From Octopus vulgaris (Eukaryota): 64,000 bases of DNA. The position numbers and the translations under genes were made by a program. How positions within the stretch are numbered: position 1 is the first letter of the stretch; each line of letters opens with the position of its first letter. The stretch spans positions 99,324,001 through 99,388,000 of the forward strand of contig OX597816.1 in NCBI GenBank assembly GCA_951406725.2, read 5' to 3'. Shown piece by piece: positions 13,261 to 26,589 of the stretch. The notes under the pieces are model-generated. The model had not been told where the DNA came from. It saw only the letters and a program-made list of their open reading frames with translations, and searched no databases.

Positions 13261-13577
13261 AATGGTTATTATAGTAAAGAATTATGTAACGCATAATTGC
13301 TTTCAGTGGGGACTTTTACCTTTCAGTGGCACCTATTTACATATAATCTTTTGATTATATGTACCTTATTCCATTACGACACAAATTCGTAACTGTAAAC
13401 CAGACTAATGAAGGATACACACGTACAGCTCTGTAAACTTTAGCTAAACGTACGTTGTACCCACTTCCAGATGGATAGATTATATGTGTGTATGTATGCA
13501 TATACACATTCACGCGCGCGCGCGCACACATACGCACGCACACACGCACGCACACACGCATGCATACACACAAACAT

Positions 13578-13712
13578 ATTCTTTTCTACTCTAGACACAA
13601 GGCCCGAAATTTGGGTGGGGAGGGGGCCAGTCGATTAGATCGACCCCAGAATGCAACTGGTACTTAATTTATCTACCCCAAAAGGAGGAAAGGCAAAGTC
13701 GACCTCGACGGA
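13578..13712 (-). mobile_element. SINE family B, 5'-truncated
   Basis: Reverse complement of the family B core and tail. Confidence 0.85.
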
Positions 13713-13950
13713 CAAAAACATATATTGTTATATTTGGAGATGGTCTTCTTCTGTGCATTAAGCACACGCACTATTTATTTGACCTTCATTTTATTATTAT
13801 TATTATCATTATTATTATTATTATTATTATTTGTCTGTTTGTCAGAGTACTTTTGTCACTCATTCTGGGATCTCTTTCGCAACTTTCTGTCCAACGTGTC
13901 CCCTCTTGTCCTGCCAACTCCATTATCGGAATCTTGTGAAACAAATAATT

Positions 13951-14021
<71 letters not shown>

Positions 14022-14024
<3 letters not shown>

Positions 14025-14347
14025 CACAGGAGTGGCTGTGTGGTAAGTAGCTTGCTAACCAACCACATGGTTCCGGGTTCAATCCCACTGCGTGGCATCT
14101 TGGGCAAGTGTCTTCTGCTATAGCCCCAATGCCTTGTGAGTGGATTTGGTAGACGGAAATTGAAAGAAGCCTGTCGTATATATGTATATATATATATATG
14201 TGTGTGTATGTGTTTGTCGTAAACACACCAGCAAAAGAGACCGATAGAATAAGTACTGGGCTTACAAAGAATAAGTCCCGGGGTCGATTTGCTCGACTAA
14301 AGGCGGTGCTCCAGCATGGCCGCAGTCAAATGACTGAAATAAGTAAA

Positions 14348-14350
<3 letters not shown>
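14022..14350 (+). mobile_element. SINE family A with internal microsatellite and internal deletion/micro-inversion
   Basis: A-box TGGCTGTGTGG, B-box GGTTCAATCCC, TTGGGCAAGTGTCTT, internal (TA)(TG), tail GGCGGTGCTCCAGCATGGCCGCAGTC..GTAAAAGA. Confidence 0.9.
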
Positions 14351-14397
<47 letters not shown>

Positions 14398-14506
14398 AGG
14401 GTGAAAATTGAATATTAATTTGATTAATATCAATTTAAAACCAGTCGTCTAGCATATTAAATACTGAAGGTTCAGAAAATTATATTACATTCATATACTT
14501 ATAAGC

Positions 14507-14596
<90 letters not shown>

Positions 14597-16595
14597 AATG
14601 TATGTATGTATGTATGTATGTGTAGCCAAATCGAAATCAAATACTTGGTATTCAGGTGACGGGTAATGCATGCTGGATGTCAGAACCAGACAAACGTCAT
14701 CTAAGACGTTTTGCAATATCTCATCGTGTCCCTTTGCTTTTTGAGATCAAATTTCATCTGAAACGTGTCCACCTTTCATTCTTCGCTAGTAGATGAAATA
14801 ATTTTCAGCAATACATTGTTTATCTATTCTGTCAACTTCGACCTATCGCTATAAATTTTTTGCCGTATGTCAATGTAAAGTAAAATCGATAATGTTTCGA
14901 CTGAATAGGAGAAATACTAGAATTGAAGACTTTTTCTAAAATATAATTCTGATTATTTTATGTAAATTTTATCTAAAATCAATTACAATAGTAATTTGTT
15001 TAAATTCAGATTTTGACAGTTTTAGGAATCGAATACTAAAGTGTTCTCTATACAGATATAATTCTTTATTCTTTGTTTATTGTTTATTGTCCACTGTAGA
15101 CGAGAGTCTGGTCCGAATACTCAGTTCGTGGTGGAGTAGTCGGTGTAAGATTATCAGAAGTAAGAAATACTAAAATGGTTATTCACCCTAAACCATTATT
15201 AAATGTATAGGAATGAAAAATACCGTTCAAAATCGATAACTCTACAGCATTAACTACATAGCAATCGCTTATCCTGCGTTTTTATACCGGTTAAGAAATC
15301 CAATTAAAAGAGCTGAGAAAGAAACAGGGCTTAGTGCCCCGCAGCATCTCGGTCTTGTTTAAAATTTTGAAAAACTGCGCCATTTTATAAAATGGATTTA
15401 AGTACGGAAGCCTAAGGAAGACGACAAAGTTGAATCGCTGTCGTGGTTTTGGAAGGAACTATCGGAAAGTGCGTTTTCGCAAAAGATGACGTGAGAGTGG
15501 TGATAATAATTGGTTTGTGGAGGCACAATGCCTATATTTTGAGCGGATAGGGTTATTCGATTACATCGACCCCAGTTCTTGATTGACATTTTATTTTATC
15601 AACCTCTGCCCCTTGGATGTAAAACAGAATTGATCTCGGTGGAATTTGAAATCAAAACATACAGAATCGGAGAGCAGTGAAGACAATCATGCATGCTGAT
15701 GATAATGAAAATGATGATGATGATGTAGTGGCAGAATATGTTGGTGATGCTGATACTGATTATATCATTACTGCTGCTACATATGTGAAAGTGTGTCTGC
15801 GTGTGCATATGAGTTATATAGGAATGTTTATACTTACGTAGGAAGAGAGAGAGAGAAAGAGAAGCATATATAATGCATGTTTGTATTTAGATATTCAGCT
15901 TATGCTGATTATTTTCTAAAATACATTTGTAAATTGATTCTTATTTAAAATGTACCCGCTACCAATGTTGGTGGAAGGAGACTTATTTACAATATCATAA
16001 TTTGAGCCTTATATACAGAAAATTTACCGACCTTAAACAATGCCACCCGGGACAAACCGCTTTCTTACGATCCTTCCCCGTTTAGTTACACAGGAGATCT
16101 ATCAACCAACATAACTACACGTCTCTATAACTACATCACTATATAAATTATATAGAACTACATAAGTTTACCTTCAAACTTTACAGAAGTTATGACGTTC
16201 TGGACTCAGACATTTTTCTCGTGATGGAATTAACGAAAAGTAAATGAAAATTTTTAGAACCTCATTTTTAAGATTATAATCTTTTGAACAAGATTTCCAG
16301 TATGTCTCTCGGAATATATTTATTCTAAAACCAGTCTGGAACTAGAAACACAACTGATTAATTTCTGAATCTTAAGTAATAAAATGACAAGAGAGAGGTC
16401 ATAAAGAACGAATACTAGGAATGTTTGGCTCTGGTATTATCTGAAGGATCTATGAAAGTTGGCATCTTCTGTCCATGACAAAAATAATGTTCTTTAAAAC
16501 AGCAGATAATATTGATTAAATGAAGAAATCAAATGAATACGTATCGGTCAAATATCAAAACTTCGTCATTGTAGTCGACTTAACAACGGTTTAAG

Positions 16596-16649
<54 letters not shown>

Positions 16650-16841
16650 TATTTGATCATGCAAATAAAACCATGTGTTTGTGCATATGCTATATTTATA
16701 TAATGTATACTACAATACTGATACGAAACAACTGCGATATTTTCAGTGCTTCAAGGTTACTTTCGAGTGAGAATGATACATGAAAAAGAAAACATATTAA
16801 TGTGTGGTATGCGTGTGTATGTGTGTGTATGTCTGTGTGTT

Positions 16842-16879
<38 letters not shown>

Positions 16880-17479
16880 ACACATACGTTAGTGTTTCAC
16901 ATACTTAATATAATTAATAGGAAGGCTAACTGAATGTCTCTTAGGCACAGTGATTAGTGACATTTGGGATATGTTAAGAATACAAGAGGAGAAAGAGAAA
17001 GGAGGAAGGACTAAGGGAGGAGAGAAGAAGGGGAGATAGAAAGGATAGAGAAAAGAAAAGGAAGCAGGTTAGAAGAAATAATATATCTGGGAACGGTTTG
17101 TCAATTACGGGTGGCTGGTGCTAATGACATTTCAAGATTCCGATTTTGTTTTTTGGAGTCAGAAAACAGGACAAGAGAAAAAGAAAAATGAAAGAAAGAA
17201 GAAAAGAAAGCGATGAAAGAGAAAGTAAAACTTCTAACAACCAATACATGCAGTTTCGCCCGGACTGTGATATTCACGACTATGACATTGGAAATACTGT
17301 TTGCAGTTAATATAAAGGTGTGTTGAAATCCGAGTGATGTGGGCATGTCTAAGACAGCTAATTCAAATATATAGGAATTTAAAATGAAATTTATTATGGT
17401 GTGAGCAATTTCAAATGGGTTGTGAAGATCCTTAATTACATTTATATTTGCAGTTAACAGATTTAATTGGCAATATAAG

Positions 17480-18930
17480 AGGGAGATTACATTACTGGGG
17501 ATGGCGAAGGAGAAACATGTCGACGTATGGAGACGTCAATATAGTAGCTGATGTTAAGATCAACCCTGATAAGTCAATGGGCTTGTGTCTCGGCACATTT
17601 AGAGTTACAAAATATCCTCAGCAACGAGGACACAGACTGACAGTGGACAACATTGTAGGATGTAGGACTAAGTAAACTCTTTAGGGTTCGATTATGTTCA
17701 GACTTTCAAGTGCACGAGAATTTGGCCCGATGAGGGATAGAGATGGCAAATACCTTTTAATCACCGCCTGATTAGATAAGGGGGTCTAGTATTCATGTTT
17801 TTTTGTGTTTTTTTTTTTTTTGAAAGGACACGTTGCACTGGTCAGGCTGTCCATCTACTGCCAATCCTCTTTGCACGGCGAATTAGGCATGACTGACTGC
17901 TTATGCCATGACCAAGACTCTGCTCTATGCAAAGATTACAAACAGTGAATGGGAACAATCACTGTTTGTTAGGGCATGTCATTCCTCAACTCGTTTCTGG
18001 GACGGTGCTACTTTCCTGAGTAAAGCAAAAACTGAAACTAGGCCCATGACTGCTATCGTCAAATGCTTATTGCCTAATATCATATGGGTAATGGGATCGG
18101 TAGATATTTCACTCCAGCAACTCATAAAGGAATAGCAGTGGATAAGAGTGACGATGTTGTCAAGGAAACTCTGAGCGTCGGCAAAAATGAACTCGTAGTT
18201 CGTTCACCATAGCTTGCAGACTACTATGGACAACTTGTAGAAGTCTTACGCCTAGTGGTGCTAGTGAGAGGTGCTCCATGTTTAAGATTCAATCTACACG
18301 CACGGAAGTGCTGTCAGACGCATTTCTATCCGATGAGCATTGAGCGAGAAGCAGTTCAGCGCGCATCCTCTCTTGTTGACTCGTGGAATTATACCGAACT
18401 GCTTTCACGTGTGGGGTGGCTATGAGTCTTTCGTGTTGATAATCTTTTTGCCCTCCTTTAACCACGCTAAAAAGGAGTTTTGACTATAGCGTAGGAGGTT
18501 GTGTGATGGACAGAGTTGAGAGATCTGAGGGAAAATATTACCTTCTTAGGCAGAGTCGTAAATTTTTTTAAAAATTTCATTTGCAGAGAATGGTAATGGT
18601 AGAGTAATCGATGCTGTCCGCCTATGAATTTTTACAAAGATAGGGAAAAGTGGTGAAACTGACAAGAGTGGGTGGAACTAGAGTATAAGACAGTTATAGG
18701 CGACATTTGCGCATGGTTGTTCTGGGTGATCTTGGACCTGTGGTGTAACACCGAGTTGGAGGTTTTCGCATATCGGTGTTAGAGCACCATCCTCTTTCAT
18801 TGTTTGTATTCTATGTATACTTGTATTTCATATTTCCCCACCCCAACGCTTTTGATTTTTCAATGCAAATTGCTACACTTTATGTATACCTTCGTGTTTG
18901 TCTCCCTCATACACAGATGGCAAATAAAAG
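17480..18930 (+). mobile_element. Tx1/L1-like non-LTR retrotransposon, decayed RT 3' region and 3' UTR
   Basis: MSTYGDVNIV (decayed AYADDV), VKINPDKSMGLCLGTFR (typical GAKIN..KS.GL.LG.WR), ELGM.. motif; ends near AATAAA at ~18923; many stops and frameshifts. Confidence 0.65.
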
Positions 18931-18987
18931 CATCCACCATCATCATTGCCACCATCATCATTGATATCATTATTATTATTATTATTA

Positions 18988-19020
<33 letters not shown>

Positions 19021-19543
19021 GTGCAAGATGTATAGTGAAAGATAATAGCGATAAGAAATCGTTGTGGAAATGGCTAGATCTGATAATATTCATAATAATG
19101 TGAGGTAAAGAATATTCATTGTAAAATATTTAGAATAATACAACTTTCTCTGCACTTCACCAGAAGTGTTGTAACAATAACCACTATCTCGATATTGTTA
19201 TTTTTAAATGTTTTAGATAGTTTGATATAGTGTAGACGACCCCATTGTTCTATATGTATATTATATAGCTACTGTTGTTATTATTATTATTTACTTTTTC
19301 TATTCTCGAGCGCATTATCGTTACAGTAATAAATATTTATCACTGATAACTTGTCGGACTAAGTGCCAAATAACAGATTATGTTGCTCTCCACATCTTCA
19401 GTTTATGCGAGCTTGTCTGTATGGGTGCTTACATGTGTGATTGTGTGTGTGTGTACAAAGTAAGATGGTTATATAGGTAGAGTATGTGGACCTATTTGTG
19501 TGTACTAGGTTTTATATAAGTATATATTTATACAAATATGTCC

Positions 19544-19585
<42 letters not shown>

Positions 19586-20086
19586 TATGTATATATATAC
19601 ATATATACCTTTAGCCCCCTATCTATGCATAAATATAAGTATTTATCTATACGTAACATAGATACATACATGTATGCATACGTAGATAGGCTACTTTTCT
19701 TTCTCTCCGTTGAAGCTGGAACAAGGAAGACGTGTTCTTTTTTGTCTCCTGTCCTAGCTTCATTTACGCGCACCTCATCATAACTTCATTTAGGCTTAGC
19801 AGCTCTTTCTGTTTGTGTTACCTATTTTAAACCTCCGCAAAATCTCAAATTTTATTTAATTTTCTTTGCGGGAGCAACTGTTTTATCAAAGGTGTATATT
19901 GTTGTTAAATGCTCGAAATACGGGACTTGAAGGACAGCCAACAACTGATGAAGGGTCGTACTTTATGTTGTTTGTTTTGTTTTCCATTTGTGTCTCTCGT
20001 TGTTTGAAAGCATAGTTCATGTTCCATGTTCTCGTGCTTCGCACTTTTTTATTGTACATGTTCCTTGACGTCCTGTGCCCACATAT

Positions 20087-20135
<49 letters not shown>

Positions 20136-20333
20136 TATATACACGTATAGATGTAAGTATGTATATATGCATATATATATTATTTATATTATTATATGAT
20201 TGAACGCCACGCAACCTCTTCCAAGTATATATATATATATACATAAATATATATACATAGATATATATACATAGATATATATACATAGATATTTATATAT
20301 ATACATATATATGTATGTATATATATATATATG

Positions 20334-20391
<58 letters not shown>

Positions 20392-20394
20392 TAA

Positions 20395-20590
20395 TCCAAA
20401 CAAGAAAACACAAAAAAACACAACAACGCGAGGACGTGGAACAAATATAGTATTATTGGACGCTCTGGAAAGAAGGAAAGAAGGAGGGCTTATCGTTTTG
20501 AGCGGAGCTCTTCGTCGGAAACATAGGAGAAGGAAAGATCCAGAGAAGGGAAGACAGAGGGAAAAAAATCGCCAACGGTACACACGAGGT
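20395..20590 (-). mobile_element. Short non-coding repeat with hammerhead-like motif, in a (TA)n tract (copy 1)
   Basis: Clearly homologous to 54718-54888 (AACACAACAACGCGAGGACGTGGAACAA...GAGCGGAGCTCTTC...AAAAAATCGCCAAC). Confidence 0.8.
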
Positions 20591-20602
20591 CACATGTATG
20601 TT

Positions 20603-20647
<45 letters not shown>

Positions 20648-21469
20648 ATGGAGGTACGCATGTATGTATGTATGCATGTATGAATGTATGCATACGTAAT
20701 TATTATATACACATGTGTCTACGAGTAACGTTAAGTATTTTTATTGTTTTGAAGAAAGCAAATAATGTTTGACTATACACACACACACACACATTCTCAC
20801 ACTCGCATGCACACACACTCACACACACACACACATATATATATGTGTGTGTATGTATATATAATATATATACATAAATATATACGTATATATAAATATA
20901 TATATATTATTTAATCATATATTTATGATGATTAAACTAAGGATGAACAAGTTTTCTCATTCATTCCACTTCAAATGGACAGCGTATGGCAAACCATAAC
21001 CAAGGATACTTCAGCTTCTTATAATACGCCTTTGTCGCTTTATCTTTGTTGGCCAATAGTGAAATTCTATCTTTTTTAATAAAAAAAAGTCTTGTGTAAA
21101 GCTAACATTTAGTAGCGATTCAATAAACGAATGTTTTCTTGGTATCCCTATTGTTTACTTGTGTGTGTGTGTGTTTGACTGTGTGCATTTGAGAATTCAT
21201 CTTCCCCATCTGTTGTTGTTGAGACCTAACTCGTATATTCATCATTTCTTCTTTGCTTTTAACTTCCCGCTTTTGAGTATTGTTATTTTGTGCTACCTCC
21301 TCGATATATCTTACCGACTCTGCTGTCATTTTCCTTTCTAATCTCATTCTCGTCTGATGCATATTATTTTGCCACATCAAATCACACTTAACTAAATCAA
21401 CATATGGTTTCTGTAGGCTTTCCGAATCAAACGAGCGTTCAACTGACTGGAAATGGGTCCCTCAATGAG

Positions 21470-22100
21470 TGATCTATTTAGATCGGCTATACCGATCACA
21501 GACTTATGATATATTACCAAACAACTGAACATCTCTACAATTTACGTTATTTGTATGAACTTCCTGATTGAATATCCTATCTTCACGACAAGTCGTGATT
21601 CGCCCAAGTCCACCTCGCGCTTCCGAATGATCCAGTTGAACCAGTCGATATTTGAAAATTTCTGAATAGTATTAACAAGTCCTTCCTTTTCATCCGTCTG
21701 TAATAAGATCGTAAAACAGATAACGCTCGTAGGTGTCCCTGATGCCATTTCAGATACCATTTCACAAACCTATTAATACTTATGAACAAGGTGTATCTGG
21801 CATTGTCCCGATGCATCTAGGAAGTCTGGATCATAAACAGCAAACAGCCTCAGTACACCACCTTGATTTATCCTAACATCTAGAATCACTAACCTTCCAT
21901 TAGAGCCTGATGAGATCATCATTATTTAGAAATTTAATATTTTCTTAAACAAAAAGTTCACCTCACAAGATTCAGGTCGATGGGATAAGTCTTAAATCTC
22001 ATACAGGGCTTCATAAGTGTGATTGGCCATGTGTCAGAAATCATAGACTAGCGGTAGCTAACCACATTCAAACCAAGTAACCTTATCTCTGAGGATTTAA
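21470..22100 (-). mobile_element. L1/Tx1-like LINE apurinic endonuclease (APE) relic
   Basis: Minus strand IRLLGLNV, GRLVILDVRINQGGVLRLFAVYDP, RWTWAN and a decayed (SD)HK motif appear in the expected APE order. Confidence 0.65.
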
Positions 22101-22499
22101 TGCTACTTCCTGGCACCCATCGATAGGCCATCGACATCGAAAAGTTTATTTTAAACCTAGCGTTAATGCACTCAAAGATAAATAGCCCTTTTATTCTGGA
22201 CCTCCAAAGGCAACTGCGGTGTTCAGAGGCCTAGGCTAAAAAAAGACTACATCTATACCTTACCTCCCTGATTAACATCATATTTTTTCTTCTTTTCTTT
22301 TTTCTAAGTTTGTCTGTACTTCCCATTGTCTAGTGAAGAACTGTAAAGTTGAAGAAATCTGAACGGAAAACGATAATTTTTTAAAGAGCTCAATCTTCCC
22401 AGTCTTTGCTGCGTTCCGGGGGCCATTTCAGCCATTGTTAGACATTTCTGAGACCCAACTTTCTTTTACTACCACTTGGTATCTGTAAGTGTTTATTAT

Positions 22500-23730
22500 A
22501 GAAACGAAATGCATTTATTTTCTAAAATTAAATGTTGTGAATACTAAATTACAGTTAGACAAGGTTGTGACATCTCGATTATAAATGCAGATACTTGTAA
22601 AAAAATTCGTAAACCGAGATTACGTAAAACAGCGAAAATAGCGCGTGGTGTTTCGGGCGATAAATTACATTTCATGAGCAAAATGTGTATCGACGTCACA
22701 TTTCGAGGAGAGACGCGCGAAGCAAAATTATTCGTTGTGATAATACAATCAATCTGTTTGGCACAGATTGGTTAGATTTATGACACCCATAAATCTTTAA
22801 TGAAATAACATAAATGGCTGTCCTGTTAAAAGCAAGTCTTCGGAAGAACTGAAGACAAAATTGAGAAAAATGTTCCCGTAAGTGTTATCAGAGGAATTGG
22901 GGCTATGTAGAAAGACGGAAGCTTATTTCCAAGTAAGTGAAAACGCTGTACCTATATTAAAATCAAACAGAAAACTACCGTTCGCGGAAACTGAAACCAT
23001 AAATAAAGAGTTGGACAGGCTCGAAAAGAGTGGAGTCATGAAAAAGGTAGATTACGCGAAGTGGGTGGCACCCACGGCATGTATTTAGAAAATAATAACA
23101 TTAGGCTGTGTGCCGATATCTCTAGATGATTTGAACGACTGCTTAAAAACATATCACCATCCACTCCTGACTGCAAAGGACATTTCTTCAAATTTAAATG
23201 GTGGAAACATTTTTTCCAAATTAGATCTGTCTGAAGCCTGTTTACATATAAAGGTAAATGAAAAATGCTCAAAGTACTTGACAATAAGTACACACAGACG
23301 ATTGTACAGATACATACGATTACCTTTTGGATTAAGAGTGGCACCAGCAATATTTCAGCAAATCATTGATATTATGTTATCTGATTGTGAATTTGCAATC
23401 TCGGATTTGGACGATATTTTGATCTAGAGTAATTCTCGTGAACAGTGTGCGGAACACATGAAAGCTGTGTTTAAGAAAATTAAAGTTTCCGGGTTCGCTT
23501 TGACTGAAGGAAAATGAGAATTCTTTCTACTCTAAATTAAGTACTTAGGGCAAATAAATGATAAAAGTGGTAGACGTCCTGACCCGCCGAAGGCAGATGC
23601 AATAAGCAATATTCCTTCGTTGGAAACATTCCAACTTTACAAACATTTCTTGGATTGGCAAACTATCATCAAACTTACATTTCGAATATGCACAAGTTAA
23701 AAGCTCCTTTGAACGACTTATTAAAAAAAA
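22500..23730 (+). mobile_element. Ty3/Gypsy LTR retrotransposon pol relic (protease + RT), pseudogenised
   Basis: LQLD(T)GCDISIIN protease motif with a frameshift at ~22561; INKELDRLEKSGV..VDYAKWVAP; FSKLDLSEA..LTISTHR.LYRYIRLPFGLRVAPAIFQQ..SDLDDILI (YLDD>DLDD); IKYLGQI; FLGLANY; stops present; no LTR identified. Confidence 0.92.
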
Positions 23731-23751
23731 AATATATATATATATATACTC

Positions 23752-24002
23752 ATTACTCTTTTACTCTTTTACTTGTTTCAGTCATTTGACTGCGGCCATA
23801 TTGGAGCACCGCCTTTAGTCGAGCAAATTGACCCCAGGACTTATTCTGTGTAAGCCTAGTACTTATTCTTTCGGTTTTCTTTTGTCGAACCGCTAAGTTA
23901 TGGGGACGTAAACACACCAGCTTCGGTTGTCCATCGATGTTGGGGGGACAAATACAGACACACACACACACACATACAAACAGACGCCCGCGCACACACA
24001 CG

Positions 24003-24042
<40 letters not shown>

Positions 24043-24202
24043 CGACGGGCTTCTTTCAGTTCCCGTCTACCAAATTCACTCACACGGCTTTGGTCGTCCC
24101 GAGGCTATAGTAGAAGACACTTGCCCAAGGTACCACGCAGTGGGACTGAACCCGGAACCATGTGGTTGGGAAGCAAGCTACTTACCACACAGCCACTCCT
24201 AT
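23752..24202 (-). mobile_element. SINE family A, full length with internal (CA)n(TA)n microsatellite
   Basis: Reverse complement of the 14022 copy, plus the middle segment missing there; abuts the end of the Gypsy relic. Confidence 0.9.
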
Positions 24203-24210
24203 ATACATAA

Positions 24211-24272
<62 letters not shown>

Positions 24273-25706
24273 ACGAGAATTCGATCACACCAACACTAGC
24301 CAAGAGCAGAAGACATTTGCCCAATCCACTGTGATGTTGCATCAAACATCGTGTCAAGTGAACATTTTAAGTGAAATAATATTCTGCTAACTATATACCA
24401 AATTGTTTATATTTCTGTTATGCTTAATTGACAGTGTAATTGCTGTGTAATTTCAGTCTTCAATTGATACAAATTTATCCATATCATATTTCATATACTG
24501 ATAATGCTCTATTAACATTGAGACCACGAAAAATGTCCTTCTTTAGAGCTGTCGACACAGCTATAAATCATTCATTTAACGTTTCCGCTTCGGAATCATT
24601 TAATTGGTATTTTAATAATGAGAATATTTTCCTTTGACTGCAATATAGCATTAGCTATATTATTAATAGAAGAAATATAGAAGAACGAAAAAAATATGTT
24701 CAGTCTAGTAATATGCTGAAATAGAAATTGTGTAATATATAAACATACCGAAGGGATTATCATTGAAACACTATATAAAGGCGCTCAATGAAGCAATCAA
24801 AATACGCAGTCCGAGATTGAGTAAAGACAAAAACAAAGAGAAAAAGGAATATATATAAATGGATATAAATGAAAGGCAATAAGGAAATCTACGAATTCTT
24901 CATAATCCGATAATATAGTTTTAGAGCTTACTCACATGGGAAAAATAATTGTCATTTTGACCTCTGTCGATAAATTGATCTCTCGAAAAGACGGTTAAAT
25001 GTTAATAGAAGCAAATAAAAGAATTTTACTTTAGAGAAAGAGAAAGAGGGAGGGAGATTGCGTAGCAGTGGCAACAGTTGGCGTCTTTGGACTTAACTGG
25101 TAATTACTAAGAATCCTCAAATGACATTCTAGATTGAAGTTGTCGGGATGACGCCAGGTTGTGGCAAGCACAGTAAAAGAATAAACGCCTGCAAGATATA
25201 TTTTATATTTTAGCTAATAAAAACAGCTTATCGTCTATGAATTGGTGAAGAAGAGGAAATCATCACATCAGCATAACCAACCGATATTTTTAATGAATAT
25301 TTTTGACCAAATATATTTTATGGAAATGGGTATCAATATGTTGCGAAAACTTGAATATATGCCCAAAGGGTGGATATGGAAATGGTATAAGCAAAAGACA
25401 GCTGTAGAAATATTACCGTCACTCACAAATATAGTGTGTAGGTGTTGTTTGTATACATTCTTAAGTAGCTACAAATCTGTATGCTTGTTCATAAATCAAG
25501 GTGTGTGTGTGTGTGTGTATGGGTTTGTATGTGTGTTGAATGTATTTAAAGTTTATAGAAATGCGCATAAGTAGCGTCTCAGACACAAGTAAGCGGGTAT
25601 AGCAAAAGCTTTGAGAAAATAAATTGGAAAAAAAATGGAAGATGCGTACAACAAATCAGAAATTGGTATACATGTGTGTATATAAATATTCATATTTGTA
25701 TATACA

Positions 25707-25759
<53 letters not shown>

Positions 25760-25989
25760 CATACATACATACATACATACATACATACATACATACATAC
25801 ATACATACATAGAAATATAGATAGAGAGCGGGAGAGATACACACAAATACCTATATAAATATGAACGTGTATATATATATATATATATACAAACTGTTAC
25901 AAAAGTTACATATACAAATTACATACATGATGTAGTCAACGCTTGCATGCTGAATGTTTCACAAGTTTGCTTCAAAAAATCATATCTCG

Positions 25990-26220
25990 GGCACGATACT
26001 ACTGTGTAAAACCACAACGTCGATGTGAAGTCCTTTTTGCGGTGGCCTCTCGCTTCGACGGTGGGCATTCTTGAATTTGCTCCAAAGTTTTGCAAAAATA
26101 CAGGGCATAATCTAGTTCAACATCACCCGAACTCAGCAAGACTAACAGGTGAGCAATTTTTAACCATAAAGGCAGCAGTGCGCCAATCTTACCTTTAGAG
26201 GGATGCATAAAAACATCACA
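25990..26220 (-). mobile_element. Putative CR1/L2-type ORF N-terminus relic with 2A-like motif and PHD-like remnant
   Basis: KGKIGALLP...HLLVLLSSGDVELDYALYFCK...SHRRCGF in ORF 25999..26346. Confidence 0.45.
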
Positions 26221-26589
26221 TATTCCTCCAATATGTGAAATTTCATGGATGATAAATCGGCTATTGAATGTGTAATTCGACCACCGACAGGGCGGTGAGA
26301 TTAACGATGGATCTTCTACCAGGCAGTGCCTCAATAGCCTGACCACAATGTTTCACTGTTTCATGGGTTATTCAAATTTTGTCAAGATCCTGATTATAGA
26401 CCTCTGTCAGTATTTCTCGTTAGATAGCAGACAAAGATACCTAGATCACAGTCCACAAATGCAAGAAGAATCAACACAGAAAATTATATTCAAAAAGAAA
26501 TTGGTACATGTATTAGTTTATCTGTTTTAAAGACTGAAATGAGAGATCTGAAAAGGAAATATTTCTCTGTATAGTTTATGTCTCGCGAT

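Noticed and set aside
16000-16500. Possible Penelope RT thumb fragment (IYRKFTD..HP); similar hints at 9130-9240 and 57490-57760
   Set aside because: Too decayed to call from motif recall
19690-20085. CTGATGA at ~19947 with an upstream GAAA as a possible type-II hammerhead
   Set aside because: Could not form stem I or stem III with an NUH triplet; probably a repeat, but unsupported as a ribozyme
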